NCBI RefSeq assembly: GCF_016433145.1
Contig: NC_058131.1
Location: 39,707,257 to 39,771,256, forward strand
Length of the DNA: 64,000 nt
Reading direction: 5' to 3'
Source of the DNA: Gracilinanus agilis
Taxonomy: Eukaryota
A program made the position numbers and the translations under genes. The notes under the pieces were generated by a model that did not search any database, was not told where the DNA came from, and saw only the letters and a list, made by a program, of their open reading frames with translations. Of this stretch, positions 1 to 11,900 are shown one piece after another (position 1 is the stretch's first letter; each line of letters begins with the position of its first letter).

Positions 1-444
1 CAGCTTCCTCATTTGTAAAATGAGAGGGGGGGGGGGTTAGTTAGATTCAATGACCTCTAAGATTCCTAAGAGTCCTTATTGCTCTTCTGTCTCAGGTACT
101 AAGATGGAAGGNNNNNNNNNNNNNNNNNNNNNNNNNNNNNNNNNNNNNNNNNNNNNNNNNNNNNNNNNNNNNNNNNNNNNNNNNNNNNNNNNNNNNNNNN
201 NNNNNNNNNNNNNNNNNNNNNNNNNNNNNNNNNNNNNNNNNNNNNNNNNNNNNNNNNNGTACTCTCTCTATTCATTGTTCTACCAGACAAGTAGGCTAAG
301 TCATTTTTTTAAAGGAAAGAAGCACCCCACATTGGAGGGATCTAGAAGAACCTCTGGTAGCCAGTTTATAAGTAACATCTACTCTGGGCCAGCCCTGGGG
401 ACACTGTGGGATATGGAAGAAGATGCAATCCCAGGATTTTGAGC

Positions 445-610
445 CAGAAGATATTTTAGAGGTCATCTAGTCATCCCATTTCATTTAATAGATGAGGAAA
501 CTGAGGTCCAGATAGAGGACATGATTTTGCCAAGGATCACATGACTAGAAATTGTTGGGTCAGGATTCAAACTCATGTCTCTTGAGTCTCAATCCAGGGT
601 TCTTTCCTCT
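445..610 (-). mobile_element. MIR-family CORE SINE fragment
   Basis: Contains the CORE signature atagatgaggaaactgagg and the downstream ttgccaaggatcaca..ggattcaaactca segment. Confidence 0.75.
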
Positions 611-902
611 CCCCCAGTCTTTGCCATTGAGGAACCACCAGAGTAGTGAAAGGCATAGGACCCATATACAAAAGTATTAAATAGTCACATGATACAACAA
701 ACTATTAAATGGGAAATTCAGGTGGCCAACAGCAGTTCTGAAGAAGGGGGAAACAGGTTTGAGACAGAACTATCAGAGACTGGTCTTTTTAGAGGAATTA
801 GAACCCGTAGGTTAGTGGCATTAGGGCTGGGCCTTGGAGGGAAGGGTAAATTTGGACAGGTAGCCCCTCACTCACTCTCTCTGTCTCCCCCTTACCCGCC
901 AG

Positions 903-1030
903 GCTTCCTGATCTTCCTCTGGTATTGGTCAATGAAGCTCCAGGCCAAGGGTCCCTCCCCTCTGAAGAGCACCTCGGACAGTGTCAAGTTACCAATCAGC
1001 TCTGGGAGTACCTCTGGCAGCCGCATCTAG
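903..1030 (+). CDS. ADGRG1: ADGRG1 (GPR56) terminal coding exon: end of TM7 and C-terminal tail
   Basis: Pyrimidine tract and cag acceptor (..cttacccgccag|GC) give [42 protein letters not shown], stop TAG at 1028-1030. Closely matches the recalled mammalian GPR56 C-terminus (..[26 protein letters not shown]). Upstream exons lie outside the window. Confidence 0.95.
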
Positions 1031-1599
1031 GCACCCAAGGGGACCTGCTTGCCCACTCCGGAGAGAAGAGGAGAAAAGGAGAAAGCCAGTTTCCCCTTGC
1101 CCTTCCTTCCTCCTCCTCACAGCCCTCACTGTCCTTGGCTCCTATGTGGACTCTCTCAGACTGTCTCGGTGGACTTCTACACAGTCCTGATGACTGTTCT
1201 GGACCCTTGGCCTCCAGAGTAGCGGAACAGAGGAGTGAGGGGGCTTTCCCCAGCCTCAGATGTCATTCCTACATTGATGATTATAATCAGAAGGAAAGGG
1301 ATGCGAGGTGTCCTAAGGAATGAAAGTTGTCGTCTTTGGTGTTGGGTTGGGAAAAGGGAACTACTAAGCTTGAATGAAGTGATTGGAGGAAAGAAATGAA
1401 ACACTGGTTCTTGGTTCTGACCCTTGTTCTATCATCCCACAATGAGGCTAAAGCTTGAAACTGAGCTTCAGAAATTCTGACTTGATCTTGGGTCAGCTTT
1501 AGCCTGGGGACCACACAAAGAACATCCCCTGACCCATTCTCAGGTGGAACTGAAAGACTGGTTCCATGTAAAATCTTTTTTTTTCTGAGATTGTTTCAG

Positions 1600-1790
1600 A
1601 TTTCAGCTCAACATGAGGGGAAAAACATTCTAACAATTAAAGTTATCCCCCAAAAATAGAATAGGTTGCTTCATGAGGTAGTGAGTTCCCTATCAATGGA
1701 AGTGTTCAAATGATCAATTATTTGTCAGGGATACAGTAAATGGGGTTTCTGCCATAGCAGAATCCTATCCAATTCAGAGCAGCTATAGAA
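1600..1790 (+). mobile_element. CR1/L3 3'-end fragment
   Basis: tttcagctcaacatgagg..gaggtagtgagttccctatcaatggaagtgttcaa resembles the L3 3' region. Confidence 0.55.
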
Positions 1791-2115
1791 TGTTTTGGAT
1801 TTCTCTATATTAACTATGACCCAGGACTGGAGGGACCTCTCAGATGCCAACTAATTCCTATTTCCCCTTGTCTGAAGAGTGAGACCAGCCTCTCCTGGTC
1901 TGGGCAAGTCATCAGGGTTCAGGGCAGAAATGTCAGAGCCTTTAGTTCTCAGATACTGGTGGTCTAGAAAGCTCCTACCATCTTCCGCTTCCTACCCCAA
2001 TAGCATGGCATAATGGCCACCTTTCCCTGGGCTCTTCCCCAAACTTTGACATCACTTTTCTTGTTTTCATCAATTGTTCTAATATGAGAGAAAACCAAAA
2101 TGTTTCATGGGAAGT

Positions 2116-2119
<4 letters not shown>

Positions 2120-2167
<48 letters not shown>
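2120..2167. repeat. (GA)n microsatellite
   Basis: Pure GA dinucleotide run of about 48 bp. Confidence 0.98.
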
Positions 2168-2173
<6 letters not shown>

Positions 2174-2268
2174 AAGAAGCCGGGGGAATCAGAAATGAGT
2201 AATCTTGGAAAGAAAAAGCCCAAATATATCACTAACCATACTGAGAACTGAAGCACCCTCCATTTCTA

Positions 2269-2270
<2 letters not shown>

Positions 2271-2303
<33 letters not shown>

Positions 2304-2566
2304 NNNNNNNNNNNNNNNNNNNNNNNNNNNNNNNNNNNNNNNNNNNNNNNNNNNNNNNNNNNNNNNNNNNNNNNNNNNNNNNNNNNNNNNNNNNNNNNNN
2401 NNNNNNNNNNNNNNNNNNNNNNNNNNNNNNNNNNNNNNNNNNNNNNNNNNNNNNNNNNNNNNNNNNNNNNNNNNNNNNNNNNNNNNNNNNNNNNNNNNNN
2501 NNNNNNNNNNNNNNNNNNNNNNNNNNNNNNNNNNNNNNNNNNNNNNNNNNNNNNNNNNNNNNNNNN

Positions 2567-2622
<56 letters not shown>
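2271..2622. repeat. Compound (CT)n-[gap]-(CA)n microsatellite
   Basis: (CT)n at 2271-2303 and (CA)n at 2567-2622 flank the 263-N gap. Confidence 0.95.
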
Positions 2623-2626
<4 letters not shown>

Positions 2627-5600
2627 TCCAGCTGTCTATACTGCCCTAATTTGGAGACCAAACAACATTAGAGCTGGAAAGGGAAAATCATGTAGTGGGG
2701 AAATTGAGGTAACATGGGGAAATTGAAGTCTAGAGACAGGCTGTGATATATCCAAGGTCACAAAGTCAAGCCTCCATCATTACTATCCTTATACTGCCTT
2801 TTCACAAGACCAAATTTCCCTTCAGAGCCCACAAGAATAGACAGGATTGGGGAGTTGTGGTCTCCAGCCTCAACTCCCCTAGAGGCATCTTTCTGCTCCT
2901 CTCCTCTCCAGTCAATTCACCTTCTTGGGATACTTTTTTAAAAAGTAGATGTCATACACTGTGCTTGTATATATTTTTATATTGTACATAGTCTGTGGTT
3001 TTGATCAGTGTACTTCTTCCTCTGACTTTGGCAGCACAGATACCCTTTAATAAGCCAATCTTACCAGCTGCTTCTGAAACTACTCTGTCTCCCCTCCTTG
3101 CACCCCCAAAACTAGGTGGATGCCATGATGAAAAACATAGTCAGTGCAGTCAAATAGGATACTGGAAATAGCACTTCATTAGCTACTCTGCAGAAGAAGC
3201 AATGGAAGGAGTCCTAACATTGTATTGGATCAATAAAATTGGGATGGGATTCAGGGCAAGAGAATAGGGTAGCAGATAAATGAAACAGCGTGTCAATTTT
3301 GAAATACATTTGTCTCCTGACAAAAGTGAAAAGGAACACTAAAGTATCACAGCTTTGGAGCAGGATCTTTAGTGAATTGGCTAGACTAGAGTCTGAGGGT
3401 CTGGGGTTGGCATCCTATTTCAGATACTTCTAATCTCTCTGGGTCTGTTTCCTCATCTGTAAGAAGTTGTCAGCAAAATGATTACTATAGAAAAATATTT
3501 TATATTCTTGCACGTGTAAAATCTGTCAGATTCTTTTCCATCTCAGAGAGGGAAGGGGGAAATTCAGCTCAAAATTTTAAAAAAATGTTTAAAATTGTTT
3601 TTACATATAATCGAGGGAAAAAAGGAAATATTTCTTTAAAAAAAGAAAAAGATACTAGACCTTTGTGTACTCTTTCCATCTCTAAAACTATGATCTTATG
3701 AAATCTACCCTGATCATTTTGCAGATGAGGAAACAGACCTACAAGAGGGAAATGATTTGACTTGTCCAAAATGACATAAATAGCAATGGTGGGATTTGAA
3801 CTCAGGTTCTCTGCCTTCAGACTCTTTGCCTCTTGGTGAAAGGAGGCGAGGAGGCTCAGTAGATGAGGGAGACTAACTGATGTCCTAGCGCCATCAAAAA
3901 TTAACCATTCTGACTCCCATCCTTAGAGGGCCTGCTAAGTGAGAGGTAGCTAATATGATAAGCTAATTGGGGTACAGCTATTGGTAGGCACTAGCAGGTT
4001 AGCAGGTTGGCCCTCCGATGGAACAAGGGCCTTCTGGAGGCAAAATGCCTTATCCCAAATCTCCTCTCATGATGGAAATCTCAGCCACCGAGGTCAAGTT
4101 GATGGCTAAAATATTTTGAAGTCATATATCATAGACTAAAATAGAACTGGGAGGAGGGAACTTTCAAAACAGATCATCCCATGATTCGATCATAGAATTT
4201 TGAAACAAAATCATTAGAAATCACCTAGTTCTTCCTCCTTTTACAGATGAGAAAGTGGAGACCTAGAGATGTCCAGTGACGTGCCCAGTGAAATAATGAA
4301 ATACAATAATTAGGATTGAACGCAGGTCCTCTTACTTCAGATTTCAGGTTAATTCTAATATACACTAACACCTTCATTTTTTACTAGGAAACTATGAGCC
4401 AGATAGGGAATGAGAGTGGCCTTGAGTTCAATGAACTGGGGAAGAACGAAGACTAGAAACCAAGCCTTCAGTCTTCTGGTCCGGGGGCTCTCTCAGGATA
4501 AAGAGGCAGTCTCCTGTTTTGTCTACGTGTGATCCTGTCCTTCTGTCTACCCCTGCCAAGATGACTCCCTTATTTAAAAAGTAAGAGCCATAGCTAAGAA
4601 TTTTTTGAACCCAGGGCAAAAACAGAAGGGGAATCAGCTGTGGCTGTCGTCTGGGGAGTTTGGTCTAAAATGTAGTCCCAATGGGTAGAAGGGATGTTCT
4701 TGGTCTTGCCCTTCATCCCAGGAGAATTCTAGAGGAGGGGAGGGTGGGTCCAGGAGACAGAAAGCATGGCAGGACCCTGGGTGTGACAACTAGACCAATG
4801 GAAGATCTCAAGGAGAGACAGGAGGAGGGAGTGTGGCTTCACCTAGATGATTCCTGGGTAATACTCCTTTCACCTTAGTTACCATTCTGGCCTCCATCAC
4901 CGAGAGTCTGATCTCACTCCCCATCCATGAATCCAAGATATCAGCCTCTCTATAGAGGACTGACCTACTTTTCACTCTCCTCTATTAAAGGAACAATTAT
5001 TCCCCTCAGGGGGTTTCTGAGAAGGGCTTGGAAGGATGTGTTTGAAAACTATGGGCTCATTTAGGCTATATTTTGAAAGTTTCCCAGCTGCTCCAGGACC
5101 TCTGGGGGAAGAGGTGGCCTGGGGATGGCATAATGGTGTTGCTGGAGGCCTCAGCTGTTCCTTCCTGATTCCATTAACTCTGGACTTTTTAATTCACCCC
5201 CCACTGCTGCCAAGCTCCATCTTATTCACAGCTGGGAACACTTGATGCATGGATTAGCCTATGACTGTGACTGCAGCCCTCTCAGACCTGCTTTCTCCTT
5301 GCTCTGTCGATCCTGTCTTTTCCTGGAAAGCTCAATCATCCCAGCTATTGAGCTCTTCCCCAAGACTCCCTACCCTCTTATCCAAGAATCTCAAAACCCT
5401 TTGTAAACAGGCTTCCATCTAGGCCTCCATATTGCTATTCAGGGCTGATCTGTCTCTCTCTCTTTTTTTTGGAGGTATAAAGCAGGGTATTATTTTATCT
5501 GAAATTCATGCACCATCAGCTCCATCCTCTTGCCTCCAGCTATCCATTGGGGTGTCTAGGAATTAAAACAGTGGGCATGAGTCAGGGCAGCTTTGCCTGG

Positions 5601-5949
5601 CTTTCTGATTTATTATTTCCTCCTCACTCCCTACATTCTTCCAGTGACACTGGATAGACCCAAGTCTAAGCCTCAGTCATGTAGTAGGGGATTAGGAACA
5701 TTGATGTAGACACAGGGTCTGTGTTGGAGAGGGGAGAAGAGGTAAGCTGAAAGGAAGGTTTCTGGAGAATGGAGAAAGAAGTTATAGAGGAAATAGAAAA
5801 TTCAGTTCTGGCCCTTGGGAGCTTTCCAGTTTGATTGGTGAGTCTGAACATGTAAAAAGAGGAGAAGTGGTAATACACCAAGAGTTGTTGGTAGAAAAAT
5901 AAGTGTTTTCTTGTGCATATTCTTCTACAGACTGATGGGAAAAGTTGGA

Positions 5950-6192
5950 GGACAGCTAAGTGGTACAATGGATAGAGCACTGAGCCTGGAGTTAGGGAAA
6001 TATCTCCTTGAGTTCAAATCTGGTCTCACACAGTTACTATCTAGGTGACTCTGGGGAAATCATTTAGCCCTGTTTGCCTTGGTTTCCTCAGCTATAAAAT
6101 AAGTTGGAGAAGGAAATGGCAAATCTCTCTAGTATCTTTGTCAATAAAACCCCAAATGATGTCATGAAAAGCCAGACACAACTGAAAAATAA
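5950..6192 (+). mobile_element. MIR/Mar1-like marsupial CORE SINE, near full length
   Basis: tRNA-like head (cagctaagtggtacaatggatagagcactg), CORE (gtttcctcagctataaaat) and tail (ggagaaggaaatggcaaa..gacacaactgaaaa). The same family recurs at about 9968-10220, 12663-12907, 25035-25210(-), 27530-27800(-), 54770-54965, 59930-60175 and 63290-63500. Confidence 0.85.
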
Positions 6193-6307
6193 CTATTAGT
6201 CTGGTGCCTAGGATAGCGGAGTGCAGAGAGAGCTGGCTTTAGAGTCAGAAGACCTGAGTTCAAGTCTTAATTTAATACTTGCTAATGATTGATAGCCAGC
6301 CCTAAAG

Positions 6308-6452
6308 ATGGGTTCAAATTTGACCTCAGACACTTCCTACCTGGGTGACCCTGGGCAAATCACTTAACCCCCATTGCCTAGCCCTTACCACTCTTCTGCT
6401 TTGGTACCAATACATGGTATTGATTCTAAGACAGAAAGTAAGGATTTAAAAA
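6308..6452 (+). mobile_element. SINE1_Mdo-like SINE, 5'-truncated
   Basis: gggttcaaatttgacctcagacacttcct..cccccattgcctagcccttaccactcttctg..gattctaagacagaaagtaagg. Confidence 0.85.
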
Positions 6453-6616
6453 ATGCTATAATATATGGCCTTTGGCAAGTCACTTAAACAAGCATCTATT
6501 AAATACCTTCTCTCTGCTAGATTTGGACCATAAATGAAACAGTTCCTATAGCTGAAGAGTTTGCATTCATTTTAAAAATAGATTTTATTATTTCTTTTGC
6601 TTTATATCACCTAGAG

Positions 6617-6825
6617 CAGTGAACCTTTTAGAGACTGAGTACCCAAACTTCAATCTTCATACCACATTGAGCCCCTTACCTTACCCCAGACAGGGGAGGG
6701 AGGAAGTGCTCCCATTGGGCTACTGGACAGAGGGACAGTAATGTGAGAAATGTCCTCAGGAGCACATGGACAGTGGGAGGGAAGCAGCTCCCTCCAGCAC
6801 ACGTGCCATTGGTTTGCCATCATGG
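6617..6825 (+). mobile_element. hAT non-autonomous element (MITE), copy 1
   Basis: Left end cagt[gatggc deleted]gaacctttt, right end ggtttgccatcatgg. 8-bp flanks acctagag (6609-6616) and acctagat (6826-6833). Interior is the reverse complement of the element at 26051-26235. Confidence 0.8.
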
Positions 6826-6879
6826 ACCTAGATTTTCCCTTGAATTCCTCCTCTTGTCCTTTCTCAGAGAGCCATCCCT

Positions 6880-8020
6880 TATAACAATGATTTTTTTAAT
6901 AAAGAAAAAGAAGAAAAAATGACTATATAAATGGTCCACACCTGTGGATCCCCCCACTAGTCTGCAGAGAAGGGGAGGGAGGAGACACCTCTTTTTTGCT
7001 ACCAAGTCTACTCCTTGTAGGTTTACAATATTGATACTAACTTGTTTTGTGGTGGTTGTTCTTTCTATTTCCATTGTTCTAGTCAATGTACATATTGTGC
7101 TCCTGGGTCCACTTTTCTTCACTTTACATCAGTTCATGTAGGTCTTTACATGCTCTTGTTTATTCATCACATTCATTGTTTCTTACAACACAATAATATC
7201 CCATTACATTCATGTACTACAATTTCTGTAGCCATTCCCAGTTTATGAGCTTNNNNNNNNNNNNNNNNNNNNNNNNNNNNNNNNNNNNNNNNNNNNNNNN
7301 NNNNNNNNNNNNNNNNNNNNNNNNNNNNNNNNNNNNNNNNNNNNNNNNNNNNNNNNNNNNNNNNNNNNNNNNNNNNNNNNNNNNNNNNNNNNNNNNNNNN
7401 NGTGTATAGGGACTTTTCTTTTCACCAATCACCTTGGGTACATGCTTAGCAGTGGAATACTTAATTAAAGGGAATGGACATTTTAGTCACTTTATTTGCC
7501 TAATTATAAATTATTTTCCAGAATAGTTGTACTAATTCTCAGCTCCAATAAAAATGCAGTAGTGTGCCTGTCTTTCCGCAGACCTCCAGCATTGACTATT
7601 CCCATCTTTAGTCATCTTTGCCAGCTTGATGGGTATGAGAAGAAATTTCAATACTATTTTGATTTGTATTTTCTGTATTATTAATGATTTAGATTATTAT
7701 TTCACAAGGCTGTTAATATTAAATCTTATTCTAAGAATTACTGTTCGTATCTTTTGGCTACTTGTCCATTGAGGAATAAATTTTGGTCTTATGTATTTTT
7801 GTTAGTTGTCTATATATCTCGGATACCAAAACCTTTCAGATATTTTGATACTTAGATGCTTTACTCTGTTGACTGTTTTTTCTTAATCTAAGTATATTAA
7901 TTTCATTTGTACAAAAGCTCTTCAATGTCACATAATCATAATGATCTATTTTGCCTTTTTAAATTGCTTTTATTCCTTCATTGGTTGAGAATTTATCAAG
8001 GATGTTATGTTCTACCTGGA
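6880..8020 (-). mobile_element. Old L1 3' fragment (contains gap 7253-7401)
   Basis: Antisense L1 ORF2-end/3' UTR motifs (aataatatcccattacattcatgtac, gccattccca, agcagtggaata, ttgtatttt..taatgatttag). Confidence 0.7.
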
Positions 8021-8743
8021 GGTACATCATGTACATATAAAACAATATATAAAAATTTCCCCAGGCCTCAGTTTCTTCATTTGTAAAATGAAGGGGTTGG
8101 TAAATGATCTCCAAGGTCCTTTCCCCCTGGCACGCTATGTCCTACATTGACTTCTTCCTAGGCCTCAATCTCTTCTTCTAGAAGATGAAGCTAACCTCAA
8201 AGGTCTCTTCCATCTCTAAATATAATGCTATAATTCCATTCTGAGTTTACAGGAAAGGCCACCACCTGCAATTCTGGAAAGTACTCTTGTAAGTGGGCCA
8301 GAAGCCAGAGCTCCAGGCCAGCATCAACTGACTTCCTCTCTGGACATCCTGCCTCATGCATTGTCGTAAATCCTCTCCAGCATGAGGTGGGGGATAGAGG
8401 CAGGCCAGCGGAGCCTTGTTAGCAAGGGTGCTCCTGCAGAGGACATTTTGGTACCCAGGAAATTGGGAAATTCAATGCCCTTCCCCACCTTCCAGAAAGG
8501 AGTAACCATGACCTGAGTGCTCCAGGATCCGTGCATCCAGCCCCAATCACCATTTTTCTCTGGCAGCTGCTATGGATAGGGCTAAAGAGAAGGTCTCAGG
8601 ATATGACTTTAATCTCTTGGCTCTATCTCTCATCTACCTGTGACAGTTGCCATCTTTCATAATAGTATTACGAAGGCCCCAGGAAGAATGGACAAACAGG
8701 AAACGTAGGGGACAGTACAAAGTCACAGAATGATCGTGGTGCC

Positions 8744-8828
8744 TTGCACAATTTAGATAGCTATTGGGAGAGACCTAGATAGGCCTCCAGTGGGAAGATA
8801 ATGAGGCTTAGAGCAGTCATGAGGAAGT
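8744..8828 (+). promoter_or_regulatory. Candidate ADGRG3 proximal promoter: C/EBP and PU.1/ETS motifs
   Basis: TTGCACAAT at 8744-8752 and GAGGAAGT at 8821-8828, 35-120 bp upstream of the ATG. Motif match only. Confidence 0.45.
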
Positions 8829-8863
8829 CACTAAATCGATGTACGCCATCCGATCTGGGAGCC

Positions 8864-8900
8864 ATGCTTCTTCTTGGCTTTCTCCTCTTGCTTCAGCTGG
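8864..8900 (+). CDS. ADGRG3: ADGRG3 exon 1 (signal peptide MLLLGFLLLLQL)
   Basis: gccATG context and phase-1 donor G|gtgagt. An in-frame upstream ATG also exists at 8819. Confidence 0.75.
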
Positions 8901-11900
8901 GTGAGTAGAGCTAATGCTCCCTCTTTCTCCCTAAGATCTGCCTTCCTTTCAGGGACTGAATTGACAACTCCAGTAAAACCAGGAGGCTTAGCTAGTTAGG
9001 AAATACAACTAGATTCTCTTCTATTTCCAGGGAACTAGAGGCTGAGTGCTAGACTCTAGGGAGGAGAGGAGAGAGCTGGAGGAGTTGGGATGTCACCTGT
9101 CAGACAGGGTGGGCATCCACGAGGGAGGATGATGGCCCTTCCAATGGAGGTTTCCCTATATGTTTAGAATCTTTGTCAAGTCTATGGGTTTGGGGCAAGT
9201 TCTTCTAGGCTGGCTCAACTCCTACCACCTCCATAACACTTTCCTTGATCGAATTTTACAGTTAGTGACAGAAGGAGCCAACACTTGAACCGTCATTATA
9301 ACATATGACATAAATGAGAGGAAGTATGGCAGGCTCTTTATCTTCTCTGTCTTCATTTTCTATCTTCATCCTCAGCTGTTTAGAGATTGAGCCACTAAAG
9401 CAGTCAATCAGTCAGCATGAATTTATTAAGTATATTCTATGGGCTGGGCAATCCGCTAAGCACTAGGAATCTAAAGAAAGCCAAAACACAATCCTTTCTC
9501 TCAAGAAATTCACATTCTATAAGGAGGCAGGGTAGAGAGGAGATCCTCCCTACTGGCTCTAGACTGGGCACTTGTTAGACCCAACGATGAGGAGAAATAG
9601 GAGACCTCTTGTGTACGCCTAAAAGCTTGTCCCCTGCCTAGGGGGATAGAATCTACTCGTGCAAACATAGAGAGAATGACTCAGAGACCCACATTAGTAA
9701 GATGGCCAGTACAAACCACAAGAGGACAAACAGGAACTTGAAGGAGATGCAGATCTCATACAAGAGTCGTACCGGCTTCATCAGCGACAGTGAGTCTTTG
9801 CTTTGGGTTTTTTTTGTTTTTTCACTTGTACTCTACAGGGGAAAAATCGAGATCCTCTGGGTTTAGTATAAAAAGCTCTGAAGGCAGAGAATGAGGGTCT
9901 GACTCCCAGCTGGACACCTCATTGACCCTGTGCGTGTAAATCACCCTCTGGATTTCATTTTGCTCCATTGTGGCACAATGGAGAGAGAGCATTGAGCTCG
10001 GAATCAGTAAGAGTCATCTTCACGAGTTCAAGTCTGGTCTCCAACACTTACTAGTTGTGTGACCCTGGGCAAGCCACTGAACGCGATTTGCCTTGGTTTC
10101 CTCAACTGTAAAATGGGCTGGAGAAAGAAATAGTAAGTTATTCCAGTATCTTCGCCAAGAAAACCCTAAATGGGATCCCAAAGCACTGGGCACAATCGAA
10201 ACGACTGAACAACAGCAAAACCGTTATTGAACAAGTAAACCTTTAAGGTCTCTTCCAACTCTCAAGATAGAGTTATATTTCCTTAGCCTTCAAATTAAAA
10301 AAATACTAACGCCTAATACTAATATATGCATATATAAAAATAACAATACCTAATACTCGTATATGAATGTATAAAAATGTTTGTGCTTAGTGTTCATACA
10401 TGTATAAAAATGTGAATGCCTAATACTAATACATACTCTGTAAAATACTAATATCTAGTACCCATACATACATTTGTTAACATGCTAATGCTCATACATA
10501 TATAAATGGAATTTCACAGCTTCCCTGTGGAAGTGAAAGGTAATTTTTCATATCTCTTATCCTAATTGCATCTCACAACACCAATGTGAGGGAGGCTGGG
10601 AGAAGAGTATTATTCCCACTGATACCATCCCTTCCATCCATTTTAAACAGATCTCTGATTTATTTTTGGCATAGGGAGCTCCAAATGAGAAGCATCTTCT
10701 ACCCAGGGTTCCTCCTCTAAGAGAGAACCTAGATTTGACTAAAAGGTTAAGTGATTTCTCAGGGGTCACACATTAAGCATATGTCAAGGGTAGGACTTAT
10801 CCTCAGCTCTTCCTGTTTCTGAGACCAGTTCTCTATCCACTATGATATACAGCCTGACATATCACACGTGATAATATGTAGTGAAGGGCAAATTCAGTTA
10901 AATGTACTCGGGGACCATTTTACAGAAGTAGAAAGAATTATTGATAGGATTAGTCAGCTCCCCATCACACCCTCCATCCCTGCTTCCTATTTCTCATGAA
11001 GCACAGGGCAGCTCCACTTCTATCTCTGGGATAATAGAATTTATTTATTTTTCAATTAAGAAATAATTTATTCCCTTTTATTTCCCCACCACAGGGGGAA
11101 AAAAAGCAAGAAAGGAAGCCTTTGTAACAAATAGGCATAGTCAAACAAAAGAAACTCTCATATTGGTTATGTCCAAAAATATGTGCCTATATGTGTTCTA
11201 TCCTTTGAGTCCACCCAGTTCTGTTAGGAGGTGAGCCAAAGGTCCATCATCAGCCTTCTGGAATGTTGGTTACTCGAGGTTCACAAACCTTTCAAAGTTG
11301 CTTTCTTTTATAAGGTTTAATTTTTATATAATGTCATTGTATAAATTGCATATATTGCATATTGTATAATGTTGTCATTGTTAATATATAATGTCATATA
11401 AATTGTATAGATTGCATATCATATATATTGTCATTGTTAATATATAATGTCATTATATCAATTGTTCTCCTGCTTCTGCCCATCTTACTGTATATCGCTT
11501 CCTACAAGACTTCCTAAGATCCTCTGAAATCATCTTTCTGGTCATTTCTTATAGTACCCAAAGAGTCCATTGCTTCCATACATATTATTATTCATATATA
11601 TTATTAGTGCATATATAATATATATGCCCTAATCTGATCAGCCATTCCCCATTTGACAGGCACCCTCCTTAGTTCCCAGTTCTTTTCCACCACAAAAGAA
11701 CTGCTGTAAATAGCTTTTGTACATATGGGTCCTTTTCTCTTTCTTTGGGGGCCGTATCTTTTAGATCCTATGAGGGCCAAGACTGAGCCTCAAACTAATG
11801 AGAAGCCAAACATTCGGTGCTCTGAAGAAAACCCACCTTTGTCTACACATGGAGCTGCCAACTGCTTTGTTTTGTGTAACCAAAGTTCTCTGGAGTGTAA

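Larger units (their letters stand above)
1031..3260 (+). other. ADGRG1: Putative ADGRG1 3' UTR; end uncertain
   Basis: Follows the stop codon. U-rich block with two UGUANAUA motifs at 2966-2990; the first canonical AATAAA I noticed after it is at 3232-3237, with ATTAAA at 1636-1641 as an alternative. No transcript evidence. Confidence 0.35.

Noticed and set aside
8354-8536. 60-aa minus-strand ORF upstream of ADGRG3
   Set aside because: Short, with no homology recognised and no convincing splice context.
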